From assembly GCA_002293525.1 (NCBI GenBank), contig DBDJ01000036.1, positions 33,082 through 97,081 on the forward strand: DNA of 64,000 nucleotides, in the 5' to 3' direction. Made by a program: the position numbers and the translations under genes. Below the pieces are notes generated by a model that saw nothing but the letters and a program-made list of their open reading frames with translations, made no database searches and was not told the DNA's origin. The stretch is from Lachnospiraceae bacterium UBA935. GTDB lineage: Bacteria; Bacillota; Clostridia; Lachnospirales; Lachnospiraceae. The stretch's first letter is position 1, and every line of letters starts with the position of its first letter. Shown in pieces: positions 9,192-17,619 of this stretch.

Positions 9192-11090
9192 ATGAGAAAA
9201 TTAGCGCTTAAAGATGAATACCTGCTCCTTGCCGAGAAACCGGCCAGGTATATCGGCAATGAAATCAATTCCATACAAAAAGATAAGGAAACGACCGCTA
9301 TCCGGATGGCCCTATGCTTTCCGGATGTCTATGAAATCGGCATGTCACACTTAGGCATACAGATTCTTTACGACATGTTAAACAGCTGGGAGGATGTCTG
9401 GTGTGAAAGAGTATATTCACCGTGGGTAGACATGGACCGCATCATGCGGGAAGCGTCTATCCCGCTTTTTGCGTTGGAATCACAGGATCCCATCCGGGAA
9501 TTTGACTTTCTGGGCATCACGATCCAGTATGAGCTGTGTTATACCAACATCCTGCAGATCTTAGATCTGTCCGGGATCCCCTACTATGCCCGTGAAAGAA
9601 GCGACGCTGACCCGATCGTAATCGGCGGCGGCCCTTGTACATACAACCCGGAACCGATTGCGGATTTCTTTGACCTGTTTTATATCGGCGAAGGCGAGAC
9701 CCGTTACCGGGAGCTGCTGGACTGTTATTTGGAGAACCGCAAGCAAGGCGGGAGCCGTGACGAGTTTCTATTGGCAGCGGCCAGGATACCGGGGATTTAT
9801 GTGCCGCGCTTTTACCGGACCGAATATTATCCTGACGGCACGGTCAGCGCTATGAAGCCTCTGGCGGAAGGGATACCGGCACGGATCAGAAAGGAGCTTG
9901 TGGATGATGTTTCCCATACCTGTTATCCGCTCAAACCGGTGGTTCCTTTTATCAAGACCACGCAAGACCGCGTTACCCTTGAACTGCAGCGGGGATGTAT
10001 CAGGGGCTGCCGGTTCTGCCAGGCCGGATACCTGTACCGGCCGGTCCGCGAACGTGACGTGGACGTCCTCAAGAAATATGCGATAACTATGCTGGAGAAT
10101 ACCGGATATGAGGAGATCTCCTTAAGCTCCTTAAGCTCCAGTGATTATTCCGGTCTTGCCGAACTGATTGATTTCCTGATTACCGAGTGCAAATCCCAGC
10201 ATACTAATATATCCTTGCCCTCCCTGCGGATCGATGCTTTTTCTCTGGATGTGATGAGCAAGGTCCAGGACGTCAAAAAAAGCAGCCTGACCTTTGCTCC
10301 GGAAGCCGGGAGCCAGCGGCTCCGCAACATCATCAATAAGGGCCTGACCGAAGAAATGATTTTAGAAGGCGCAGCTACGGCATTTGAAGCCGGTTGGAGC
10401 CGGGTGAAGCTGTATTTTATGCTGGGCCTTCCTTCTGAGACCGAAGCGGATATAAGCGGCATCGGTGAGTTGGCTAACCGCATCGCTGCCGTATATTATG
10501 AAACCGTGCCCAAAGAAAAAAGAAACGGCAAGGTTCAGATCATCGCCAGCACTTCCTTTTTTATCCCTAAGCCGTTCACCCCTTTCCAGTGGGCGCCGCA
10601 GGCAACGAAAGAGGCTTTTCTGGACAAGGCCTATCTGACGCGGAAATCGATTTCGTCACAGCTGAACCAGAAAAGCATCAAGTATAACTGGCATGAGACT
10701 GACAGCAGCGTTCTGGAATGTGTCCTGGCAAGAGGCGACCGCCGTCTGGCTCCCGCTATCCTGGAAGTGTATCGGAAAGGCTGTATCTTTGACGCGTGGA
10801 GCGAACATTACCGGCACGATGTCTGGATGGAAACTTTCAAGGAAAACGATGTGGATATTTCCTTTTACACCACCAGGGAACGGGCTGACGATGAAATTTT
10901 CCCGTGGGACTTCATTGACTGCGGCATAAGCAAGGAATATTTGCGGAAGGAATGGCATAAAGCAAGATCCGCCGCACAGGCGTCATCTGAGTCGGAACAG
11001 TTGGTCACGCCCAATTGCCGGGAACAGTGTCAAGGCTGCGGAGCTGCCAGTTTCCGCACCGGCATCTGCGTTTTAGACAAGAATATTTGA
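9192..11090 (+). CDS. TIGR03960-type B12-binding-domain radical SAM protein
   Basis: CIRGCRFC (CxxxCxxC) cluster motif, N-terminal B12-binding-like domain and a typical MRKLALKDEYLL start. The ORF track offers a TTG start at 9156. Confidence 0.8.
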   Translation: MRKLALKDEYLLLAEKPARYIGNEINSIQKDKETTAIRMALCFPDVYEIGMSHLGIQILYDMLNSWEDVWCERVYSPWVDMDRIMREASIPLFALESQDPIREFDFLGITIQYELCYTNILQILDLSGIPYYARERSDADPIVIGGGPCTYNPEPIADFFDLFYIGEGETRYRELLDCYLENRKQGGSRDEFLLAAARIPGIYVPRFYRTEYYPDGTVSAMKPLAEGIPARIRKELVDDVSHTCYPLKPVVPFIKTTQDRVTLELQRGCIRGCRFCQAGYLYRPVRERDVDVLKKYAITMLENTGYEEISLSSLSSSDYSGLAELIDFLITECKSQHTNISLPSLRIDAFSLDVMSKVQDVKKSSLTFAPEAGSQRLRNIINKGLTEEMILEGAATAFEAGWSRVKLYFMLGLPSETEADISGIGELANRIAAVYYETVPKEKRNGKVQIIASTSFFIPKPFTPFQWAPQATKEAFLDKAYLTRKSISSQLNQKSIKYNWHETDSSVLECVLARGDRRLAPAILEVYRKGCIFDAWSEHYRHDVWMETFKENDVDISFYTTRERADDEIFPWDFIDCGISKEYLRKEWHKARSAAQASSESEQLVTPNCREQCQGCGAASFRTGICVLDKNI

Positions 11091-11098
11091 GGATAAGT

Positions 11099-11782
11099 AT
11101 GAAAGTAAGGATAAAGTTTTCAAAAACAGGAGTCATGAAATTTATCGGCCATCTGGATATGATGCGATATTTTCAGAAAGCAATCCGGCGGGCGAAAATC
11201 GACATTGCCTATTCCGGCGGTTTCAGTCCGCACCAGATTATGTCCTTTGCCGCCCCATTAGGAGTCGGCCTCACCAGCTTGGGGGAGTACTTTGACATCG
11301 AACTACGTACCGCTATGGACGAGGAGGCCATCAAAGAACGGCTGAATCAGGTTATGGCTGAGGGAGTAGCCATTCTGGAAACAACAGCTCTTGCCGACAC
11401 TGCCGGCAATGCGATGGCAAGCGTGGCGGCGGCAGCTTATGAAGTAACATTTGCCGAAGGAACGGTTTTGCCCGATGGGTGGACCGGCCAATTAACAGCA
11501 TTCTTAGACCAGCCACAGATCCCCTATCACAAGCTGACTTCTAAGGTAAGCCGCATGCTGGATTTAAAGCCGCTGCTATATGACAGCAAAGTTACGGAAG
11601 AAAAAGTGTATTTATTGGTAAATGCCAGCAGTGCTGACAATATCAAACCCATATTCGTAATGAAAGCTTTTTTTGAAAGCATCGGTGTGACGATATCGGA
11701 GCATTCTCTATATATCTGCCGCATGGAAACCTATGGCCTGAACGGAGATAAGTTTGTTCCCTTATCTGCGTTAACAGAATAA
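11099..11782 (+). CDS. TIGR03936-type radical SAM-associated protein (DUF2344)
   Basis: MKVRIKFSKTGVMKFIGHLDMMRYF is the family's characteristic N-terminus. It lies directly downstream of the radical SAM gene. Confidence 0.75.
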   Translation: MKVRIKFSKTGVMKFIGHLDMMRYFQKAIRRAKIDIAYSGGFSPHQIMSFAAPLGVGLTSLGEYFDIELRTAMDEEAIKERLNQVMAEGVAILETTALADTAGNAMASVAAAAYEVTFAEGTVLPDGWTGQLTAFLDQPQIPYHKLTSKVSRMLDLKPLLYDSKVTEEKVYLLVNASSADNIKPIFVMKAFFESIGVTISEHSLYICRMETYGLNGDKFVPLSALTE

Positions 11783-11903
11783 GCCTTAACTGAAGAGACA
11801 TTAACTGAATTGGCTTAATCAGATTCGACATTAACAGATTTGGCATTAATAGATGCAGTATTAACAGATTTTGCATATCTGATTGTCAGATTAGATTGAT
11901 ACG
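11769..11903. repeat. 15-bp-period tandem repeat, about 9 units (core CATTAACAGATT)
   Basis: Units start exactly every 15 bp at 11769, 11784, 11799 and so on. The first unit contains the TIGR03936 stop codon, and the array ends 15 nt before the rng ATG. Confidence 0.9.
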
Positions 11904-11918
11904 TAAAGGAGAAACCAG

Positions 11919-13070
11919 ATGCCTGTCACAGAAGGCGGTGCGGTTGATGGCATCGTAGTTATCGTAAAAAGGGGAACACAGATCCTCGTTCTTCTTTATC
12001 AGCATAATAAAGTGCAGTCCTTACAAGCCACCGAGCCGGGCGGCCTGCTGGGAAATATCTATATCGGCCGGGTACAGAAAGTACTGCCTGGGCTTAAAGC
12101 AGCTTTTATTGACGTTGATAAAGAGCTCACCTGTTTCTTGCAAAAAGGAGATCTGAGCGATATCAAAGGCAATGATGAGATCCCTGTCCAGGTCACCGCC
12201 GAAGCCATGAAAGCCAAGCCGCCCGTCGTCAGCCGTAATCTGACCCTGACCGGCAGATACTGTGTCGTTTCCTGCCAGCAGCCAGGACTTTCTTTTTCCG
12301 GGAAATTATCCACTGTCCAAAAGAAACACTTAAGGAAAGAACTGAGCGAGCTGGCAGATCTCTTGGCGGACTATCATGTGATCATCCGGACAAATGCCGG
12401 AGAGCTGGAAGAATCCGGTCCGATGCTTATGGAAATCAGGCAATTGGCAGAAGAACTGACGAAGTTGCGGCTGAATGCCCCCCATCGTACCTGCTACAGC
12501 CTTTTGTATCAAGGAACCCAAGGATATGTCAAAGCGGTCAGGGATATTCGAAACAGTGAATATAAGGAGATTGTAACCGATCTTCCCGATGTATATGATG
12601 TCCTGAATCAATTGTATAGAGGCAGGGTACGTTATTACCAGGATGACATGCTTTCCCTTAGCAAGCTGTACAGCGTCGAAACGCACCTGCAAAACAGCCT
12701 GAATTCCAAAGTATGGCTCGATATGGGCGGTTTTCTGGTGATAGAACCAACCGAGGCGCTGACCGTGATCGATGTCAACAGCGGCAAAAGCAATGCCAAG
12801 AAACCCGCATTCTTTTTAGCACTCAACAAACAAGCGGCACAGGAAGCGGCCCGGCAGATGCGGATCCGTAATCTTTCCGGCATCATTATCATCGATTTCA
12901 TCAATATGGAATCCGCGGAAGAGGAACAGGAACTGTTGGCCTATATGCACGAACTTGTCAGAAAAGACTCCGTCAAAACGAGCGTAATCGACATCACGCC
13001 GCTGGGTCTGATGGAAATCACCCGCAAAAAAATCGGAAAAATGTTGTCGGAAGTGATCAAAATACCTTGA
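11919..13070 (+). CDS. rng: Rne/Rng family ribonuclease (RNase G-like)
   Basis: S1-like segment (IYIGRVQKVLPGLKAAFIDV) and catalytic core (TVIDVNSGK, GIIIIDFI). AAAGGAG RBS. Confidence 0.8.
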   Translation: MPVTEGGAVDGIVVIVKRGTQILVLLYQHNKVQSLQATEPGGLLGNIYIGRVQKVLPGLKAAFIDVDKELTCFLQKGDLSDIKGNDEIPVQVTAEAMKAKPPVVSRNLTLTGRYCVVSCQQPGLSFSGKLSTVQKKHLRKELSELADLLADYHVIIRTNAGELEESGPMLMEIRQLAEELTKLRLNAPHRTCYSLLYQGTQGYVKAVRDIRNSEYKEIVTDLPDVYDVLNQLYRGRVRYYQDDMLSLSKLYSVETHLQNSLNSKVWLDMGGFLVIEPTEALTVIDVNSGKSNAKKPAFFLALNKQAAQEAARQMRIRNLSGIIIIDFINMESAEEEQELLAYMHELVRKDSVKTSVIDITPLGLMEITRKKIGKMLSEVIKIP

Positions 13071-13084
13071 CACAGGCCGGAACC

Positions 13085-13190
13085 GATGGTATTCTTTATG
13101 AGTATGCCGCATAATAAGGCTCCCAAGCGTATCTTCGGATACCGCCGAATTAGCGAGTAAAACCGATGAATATCGGTTAGATTAGGAGGT
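13085..13190 (+). promoter_or_regulatory. Possible L21-leader-type structured 5' UTR
   Basis: Structured leader (hairpins GTATC-TTCG-GATAC and AACCGAT-GAA-ATCGGTT) directly upstream of rplU, where Firmicutes carry the L21 leader. No covariance model was run. Confidence 0.35.
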
Positions 13191-13195
13191 ACCAT

Positions 13196-13501
13196 ATGTA
13201 CGCAATTATTGAAACTGGCGGAAAACAGTACAAAGTTTCCGAAGGCGATGTCATCAAAGTGGAGAAGCTTGATGTCGAACCCGGTAATCCCGTAACCTTT
13301 GATCAGGTCGTCGCGATCAGCGATAACGAACTGAAGGTAGCCGGAGATGTTGCCGCCGCGACCGTGACCGGAACCGTGATGGAACAAGGCAAACACCGTA
13401 AGGTGATTGTCTATAAGTACAAACGTAAGAGCGGTTATCACAAGAAAAAAGGTCACCGGCAAGCATACACACAAGTAAAGATCGACAAGATCAACAGCTG
13501 A
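13196..13501 (+). CDS. rplU: 50S ribosomal protein L21
   Basis: MYAIIETGGKQYKV is the canonical L21 N-terminus. Confidence 0.95.
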   Translation: MYAIIETGGKQYKVSEGDVIKVEKLDVEPGNPVTFDQVVAISDNELKVAGDVAAATVTGTVMEQGKHRKVIVYKYKRKSGYHKKKGHRQAYTQVKIDKINS

Positions 13502-13503
13502 AT

Positions 13504-13833
13504 ATGACCAGGATCATGATCAGAAAGACCAAGAACAACGAATACTTAGGATTTACCTGTCACGGACATACGGACTTTGCCGACAAAGGAGAAGACATCG
13601 TATGTGCCGCCCTGTCGGTTCTGACCATTAATACCGTCAATTCGTTGGAACAACTGACCCAGACAGCCATGGAAGTGGCTGCCGAAGAAGAGGAAGGCAT
13701 CATTATCTGCCGTTTCACCGACACGCTGTCCGAAGCCGGCAGGCTGCTTATGGATGCCTATGTCCTGGGAGTTGAAAATGTCTTTCATGAATATGGAAAT
13801 CAGTACGTAGAAATTGAATTTGAGGAGGTGTAA
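13504..13833 (+). CDS. Ribosomal-processing cysteine protease Prp
   Basis: 109 aa between rplU and rpm[14 protein letters not shown] motif of the YsxB/Prp family. Confidence 0.85.
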   Translation: MTRIMIRKTKNNEYLGFTCHGHTDFADKGEDIVCAALSVLTINTVNSLEQLTQTAMEVAAEEEEGIIICRFTDTLSEAGRLLMDAYVLGVENVFHEYGNQYVEIEFEEV

Positions 13834-13837
13834 AACC

Positions 13838-14122
13838 ATGTTGAATATGAACCTTCAATTTTTTGCCCATAAAAAGGGAGTCGGCTCTACCAGAAACGGC
13901 AGGGATTCCGAATCCAAACGCTTAGGAGCCAAAAGAGCTGACGGGCAGTTCGTTAAAGCAGGAAATATTCTGTACAGACAGCGCGGGACGAAGATCCATC
14001 CCGGCGTCAATGTCGGCCGCGGCGGTGATGATACCTTGTTTTCACTGGTTGACGGGATTCTCCGCTTTGAGCGGAAGGGAAGAGACCGGAAGCAGGCTTC
14101 CGTATATCCTGTGGAGAACTAA
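13838..14122 (+). CDS. rpmA: 50S ribosomal protein L27 (with a Prp-cleaved N-terminal extension)
   Basis: [30 protein letters not shown]: the Firmicutes-type propeptide followed by the canonical L27 core. Confidence 0.95.
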   Translation: MLNMNLQFFAHKKGVGSTRNGRDSESKRLGAKRADGQFVKAGNILYRQRGTKIHPGVNVGRGGDDTLFSLVDGILRFERKGRDRKQASVYPVEN

Positions 14123-14132
14123 ACGAATGGGC

Positions 14133-14170
14133 GGGCTTCAAACGGCAATGGGTTTGAAGCCCTTCTTATT
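14133..14170 (+). terminator. Intrinsic terminator after rpmA
   Basis: GGGCTTCAAAC pairs with GTTTGAAGCCC, followed by TTCTTATT. Confidence 0.65.
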
Positions 14171-14252
14171 CCTGTTTCAGTGGGTCTGGCAGGACTATTA
14201 TTTGATAGAGTCTAAGTGACAATCATAAACGACAAGCAGAATCGAGGCGGAC

Positions 14253-15584
14253 ATGTTTGCAGACAGAGCTAAAATCATCGTGAAAAGCGGCCGGGGAGGC
14301 GATGGCCATGTGTCGTTCCGGCGCGAAAAATATGTACCGAACGGCGGCCCGGACGGCGGCGACGGCGGGCACGGCGGAAGCGTTATCCTGATAGTGGATG
14401 AAGGTTTAAATACCCTGACAGATTTCCGCCATATCCGCACCTATAAAGCCCAAAGCGGTGAAAACGGCAAGAAAAAGAACTGCCGCGGTAAAGACGGAGA
14501 AAATATTGTCATCAAAGTACCGGAAGGAACTGTCGTAAAAGAAGCGGAAAGCGGCAAAGTGATCGTCGATATGTCAGCCCAGAACCGGAGCTTTACCTTG
14601 CTGACCGGCGGCCGGGGCGGCAACGGCAACCAGCATTATGCGACCAGCACCATGCAGGCCCCCAAATATGCCCAGCCCGGTCAGCCGGCCAAAGAACTGG
14701 AGCTTTTGCTGGAACTTAAGGTGATTGCCGACGTCGGTTTAGTCGGCTTTCCTAATGTGGGCAAGTCGACCCTGTTAACCAAAGTTTCCAATGCCCGACC
14801 GAAAATCGCCAATTATCATTTTACAACTTTAAATCCTCACCTCGGTGTGGTAGACTTAAATGAAGCCAAAGGGTTTGTCATCGCCGACATCCCCGGACTG
14901 ATTGAAGGTGCCTCTGCCGGCGTCGGCCTGGGATTTGAATTCCTGCGCCACATAGAACGTACCAAGGTCATCATTCATGTCGTCGATGCCGCTTCAGTAG
15001 AAGGCCGGGACCCGATCGCGGATATTTATGCGATCAACCGGGAACTGAAGGCTTATAATGCGGTTCTGGCCGACCTCCCTCAGACCATCGCCGCCAACAA
15101 GACCGATATGTTTATGGCTGACACGCTCATGACTGATCCGACTGATCCGAATCATCTGGCTCATCCGGATAATCCGATAGAGCAGATCAGAGCCGAATTT
15201 GAACCGCAGGGGATTAAAGTTTTCCCTGTTTCCGCCCTCAGCGGCAAAGGGATCGAAGAGCTGCTTTATCATGTCCGGAATATGCTGGATCAGCTTGATG
15301 ACAAGCCGGTCATCTTTGAACCGGAATTCTTCCCCGACACGATGCTTTCATCGATCCAGGATCCTTTTACGGTCAGCTACGACGACGAAGCCGATGAGTA
15401 TGTAGTAGAAGGTCCGCGCATTGAGAAGATGCTGGGCTATACCAATCTGGACTCTGAAAAAGGTTTTGTCTTTTTTCAGAGGTTCCTGAAGGAAAACGGT
15501 ATTTTGGATGAGCTTGAAAAAGCCGGTATCGCAGAAGGCGACACCGTCCGTATGTATGGTCTTTCTTTTGACTATTACCGTTAG
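14253..15584 (+). CDS. obg: GTPase ObgE/CgtA
   Basis: Glycine-rich Obg fold (GGDGGHGGSV), G1 motif GFPNVGKST, DIPGLIEGA, and a C-terminal TGS/OCT-like domain. Confidence 0.95.
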   Translation: MFADRAKIIVKSGRGGDGHVSFRREKYVPNGGPDGGDGGHGGSVILIVDEGLNTLTDFRHIRTYKAQSGENGKKKNCRGKDGENIVIKVPEGTVVKEAESGKVIVDMSAQNRSFTLLTGGRGGNGNQHYATSTMQAPKYAQPGQPAKELELLLELKVIADVGLVGFPNVGKSTLLTKVSNARPKIANYHFTTLNPHLGVVDLNEAKGFVIADIPGLIEGASAGVGLGFEFLRHIERTKVIIHVVDAASVEGRDPIADIYAINRELKAYNAVLADLPQTIAANKTDMFMADTLMTDPTDPNHLAHPDNPIEQIRAEFEPQGIKVFPVSALSGKGIEELLYHVRNMLDQLDDKPVIFEPEFFPDTMLSSIQDPFTVSYDDEADEYVVEGPRIEKMLGYTNLDSEKGFVFFQRFLKENGILDELEKAGIAEGDTVRMYGLSFDYYR

Positions 15585-15705
15585 GGAAACGCTGATGCAA
15601 CGTTTTCCGCGCCGGATTTACGGCACAAAGTGCCAGTTTCCACTGTAATCCATGCGCATCCCGCGGAGCGTCAAAGGAAATACTGATGCATCAGTGTTTC
15701 CTTTG
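15584..15705 (+). repeat. ~122-nt multi-hairpin intergenic repeat element, copy 1
   Basis: Near-identical to 21075-21196 and 61121-61243. Starts at the last base of the obg TAG. Contains the micro-ORF 15595-15648. Confidence 0.9.
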
Positions 15706-15756
15706 AAACGTTTTTTAACATTTCTCTAAATACCGTTATTTATTCAGTTACTACAA

Positions 15757-15817
15757 CGCAGTCATTTTACGCAGTCATTTTCGCAGTCATTTATCGCAGT
15801 TATACGCAGTCATTTAG
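15757..15817. repeat. 12-13-bp tandem repeat CGCAGTCATTT, 5 units
   Basis: Five head-to-tail units between element copy 1 and yhbY. Confidence 0.85.
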
Positions 15818-15867
15818 CACCGTCACAATAAAACAACAGATACGAAGAACTGATAAAGGAAAACATC

Positions 15868-16182
15868 ATGACAAGCAGACAAAGAGCCTATTTAAAAGGA
15901 CTGGCCAGTACCATTGATCCAGTTTTTCAAGTCGGCAAGGCCGGCCTTACACCCGAAGTCACCGAAGCAGTTTCCGAAGCATTCAACAACCGCGAGCTGA
16001 TTAAAGTTTCCGTTCTCAAGAACTGCTCCGACATCCCCCAAAACATTGCTGAAGCGGTAGCAGCACGTACTGATTCACAGGTGGTACATGTCATCGGAAG
16101 AAAAATAATCTTATACAAAGAAAATAAAGAGAATAAAAAAGCGAGCAAGCTCGCTTGGAAGAACGCAGAGCGTTCTTCCTGA
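15868..16182 (+). CDS. yhbY: YhbY/CRS1-type RNA-binding ribosome assembly protein
   Basis: LKGLAS..DPVFQVGKAGLT and ELIKVSVL motifs. The C-terminal 15 aa run through repeat and hairpin sequence. Confidence 0.8.
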   Translation: MTSRQRAYLKGLASTIDPVFQVGKAGLTPEVTEAVSEAFNNRELIKVSVLKNCSDIPQNIAEAVAARTDSQVVHVIGRKIILYKENKENKKASKLAWKNAERSS

Positions 16183-16236
16183 ATGATTCACTCTTGCAGG
16201 AGCACTTTCCTATAGAATAAAAAAGCGAGCAAGCTC
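16130..16236 (+). repeat. 23-bp perfect direct repeat pair, starts spaced 84 bp apart
   Basis: AGAATAAAAAAGCGAGCAAGCTC occurs at 16130-16152 and 16214-16236. The segment between them carries the GGAAGAACGC palindrome and the yhbY stop. Confidence 0.9.
16157..16179 (+). repeat. Palindromic unit GGAAGAACGC-AGA-GCGTTCTTCC (small REP-like family)
   Basis: 10-bp perfect stem. A near-identical unit with the same TGAATG-type tail lies on the - strand at 38178-38198. Confidence 0.8.
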
Positions 16237-16341
16237 TGCCGTTATGGTGTGTCCGCTGTTATCGTGCAGCCGCCGTAATCGTGTGTTGCCATTATAGAAA
16301 CGAAATTTACGTACTTTATCTGATTACAGGAATGAAAACCC

Positions 16342-16968
16342 ATGGAAAAAAACAGTAGAATCGGAATTCTGGGCGGAACTTTCAACCCCATCCATTTAGC
16401 CCATCTGTTAATTGCCGAATCGGCCGGAGATTATCTTGGACTGGAAGAGGTTATCTTTATCCCCAGCGGCCGTTCCTATATGAAAGCCGATATCCGGATG
16501 CCGGATGCCGGAGTGCGATATGAGATGACCCGGCTGGCCGTGTCGGACAATCCGCTTTTTTCTGTTTCAGACTTGGAAATGCGGCGCGCCGGTAACACCT
16601 ATACTTATGAAACCGTTGAACAGCTGAAAGAGCTTTATCCAGACAAAGAACTATGTTTTATCGTCGGCGCGGACACCCTTTTTACTATGGATACCTGGAT
16701 GTATCCCGAGCGGATATTCCAAGCGACATCCGTAGCAGTGGCTGTCAGGAATGATAAAAGCCGGCCAGAAGTACGGACGCAGATGACCCACCTTGCCGAA
16801 AGATATCAGGCGGAAATCTGCCTTCTTCCGATTATGAATCTGGAGATTTCATCCAGTGACATCCGCACCAGGTTAAGCGCGGGCCAATCAGTGAGATATA
16901 TGCTGCCGGAGACGGTCAGGGAATATATATTGAATCATCAGATCTATACTTTAGAGGAGCAGGGATGA
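16342..16968 (+). CDS. nadD: Nicotinate-nucleotide adenylyltransferase
   Basis: GILGGTFNPIHLAHL (the HxGH-type motif) and 208-aa length. Confidence 0.9.
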   Translation: MEKNSRIGILGGTFNPIHLAHLLIAESAGDYLGLEEVIFIPSGRSYMKADIRMPDAGVRYEMTRLAVSDNPLFSVSDLEMRRAGNTYTYETVEQLKELYPDKELCFIVGADTLFTMDTWMYPERIFQATSVAVAVRNDKSRPEVRTQMTHLAERYQAEICLLPIMNLEISSSDIRTRLSAGQSVRYMLPETVREYILNHQIYTLEEQG

Positions 16969-17558
16969 AAGCAGCTGACTTTACCAAACTACGTAAATCA
17001 ATGGAAAAGTCCTTGGACGCCAGAAGATTTGAGCACACATTGGGGGTCACTTATACCGCAGCGTCACTGGCAATGTGTCACGGCGGTGATGTGAGACGGG
17101 CTCAGATCGCCGGACTTTTGCATGATTGTGCCCGGAATATTGACAACCAGAAGAAAATAAGCATCTGTCAAAAACACAACATCGAAATCAATGAAGTGGA
17201 GCGCAACTATCCCTTTTTATTGCATGCCAAAGCCGGAAGCTATCTGGCCATGCAAAAATATGGCATCAGGGACGAGGATATTATCCAGGCCATCCTGAAT
17301 CATACCACCGGACGCCCCGGGATGTCATTGCTGGAAAAGATTATTTATGTAGCCGATTATATTGAGCCGGGAAGGAAGAAGGCACCTAATCTGGCGGCTA
17401 TCAGACAAGAAGCCTTCTGCGATCTTGACAAAGCTCTTTTCATGATCCTGGAAGACACGCTGGCTTACCTTGATTCCCTGGAAGACATTACGGATCCTAT
17501 GACCAGAAAAACCTATGAGTTCTACAAAGATCAGATGGCATCCATACCGCAAATGTAA
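16965..17558 (+). CDS. yqeK: HD-domain bis(5'-nucleosyl)-tetraphosphatase YqeK
   Basis: RFEHTLGV and LLHDCAR HD motifs. ATGA overlap with nadD. Confidence 0.85.
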   Translation: MKAADFTKLRKSMEKSLDARRFEHTLGVTYTAASLAMCHGGDVRRAQIAGLLHDCARNIDNQKKISICQKHNIEINEVERNYPFLLHAKAGSYLAMQKYGIRDEDIIQAILNHTTGRPGMSLLEKIIYVADYIEPGRKKAPNLAAIRQEAFCDLDKALFMILEDTLAYLDSLEDITDPMTRKTYEFYKDQMASIPQM

Positions 17559-17619
17559 CCGGTCAACAGAACATAATAATAAATTATAAGATTTCTAGTA
17601 TAAAGGAGCATACGAATCA

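Noticed and set aside
9017-9211. 64-aa + strand ORF rich in Gly/Pro.
   Set aside because: Its N-terminal half is the translation of the GC-rich terminator hairpin at 9037-9076, and its end overlaps the radical SAM gene start. Judged spurious.
12941-13474. 177-aa - strand ORF spanning the rng end, the leader and rplU.
   Set aside because: It is antisense to two strongly supported genes and crosses an intergenic leader. It has no motifs.
15646-15740. A second possible ORF inside repeat-element copy 1 (MRIPRSVKGNTDAS...).
   Set aside because: The start is ATG only in copy 1 (GTG in copies 2 and 3), and the frame stops after 7 codons in copies 2 and 3. It is not conserved.
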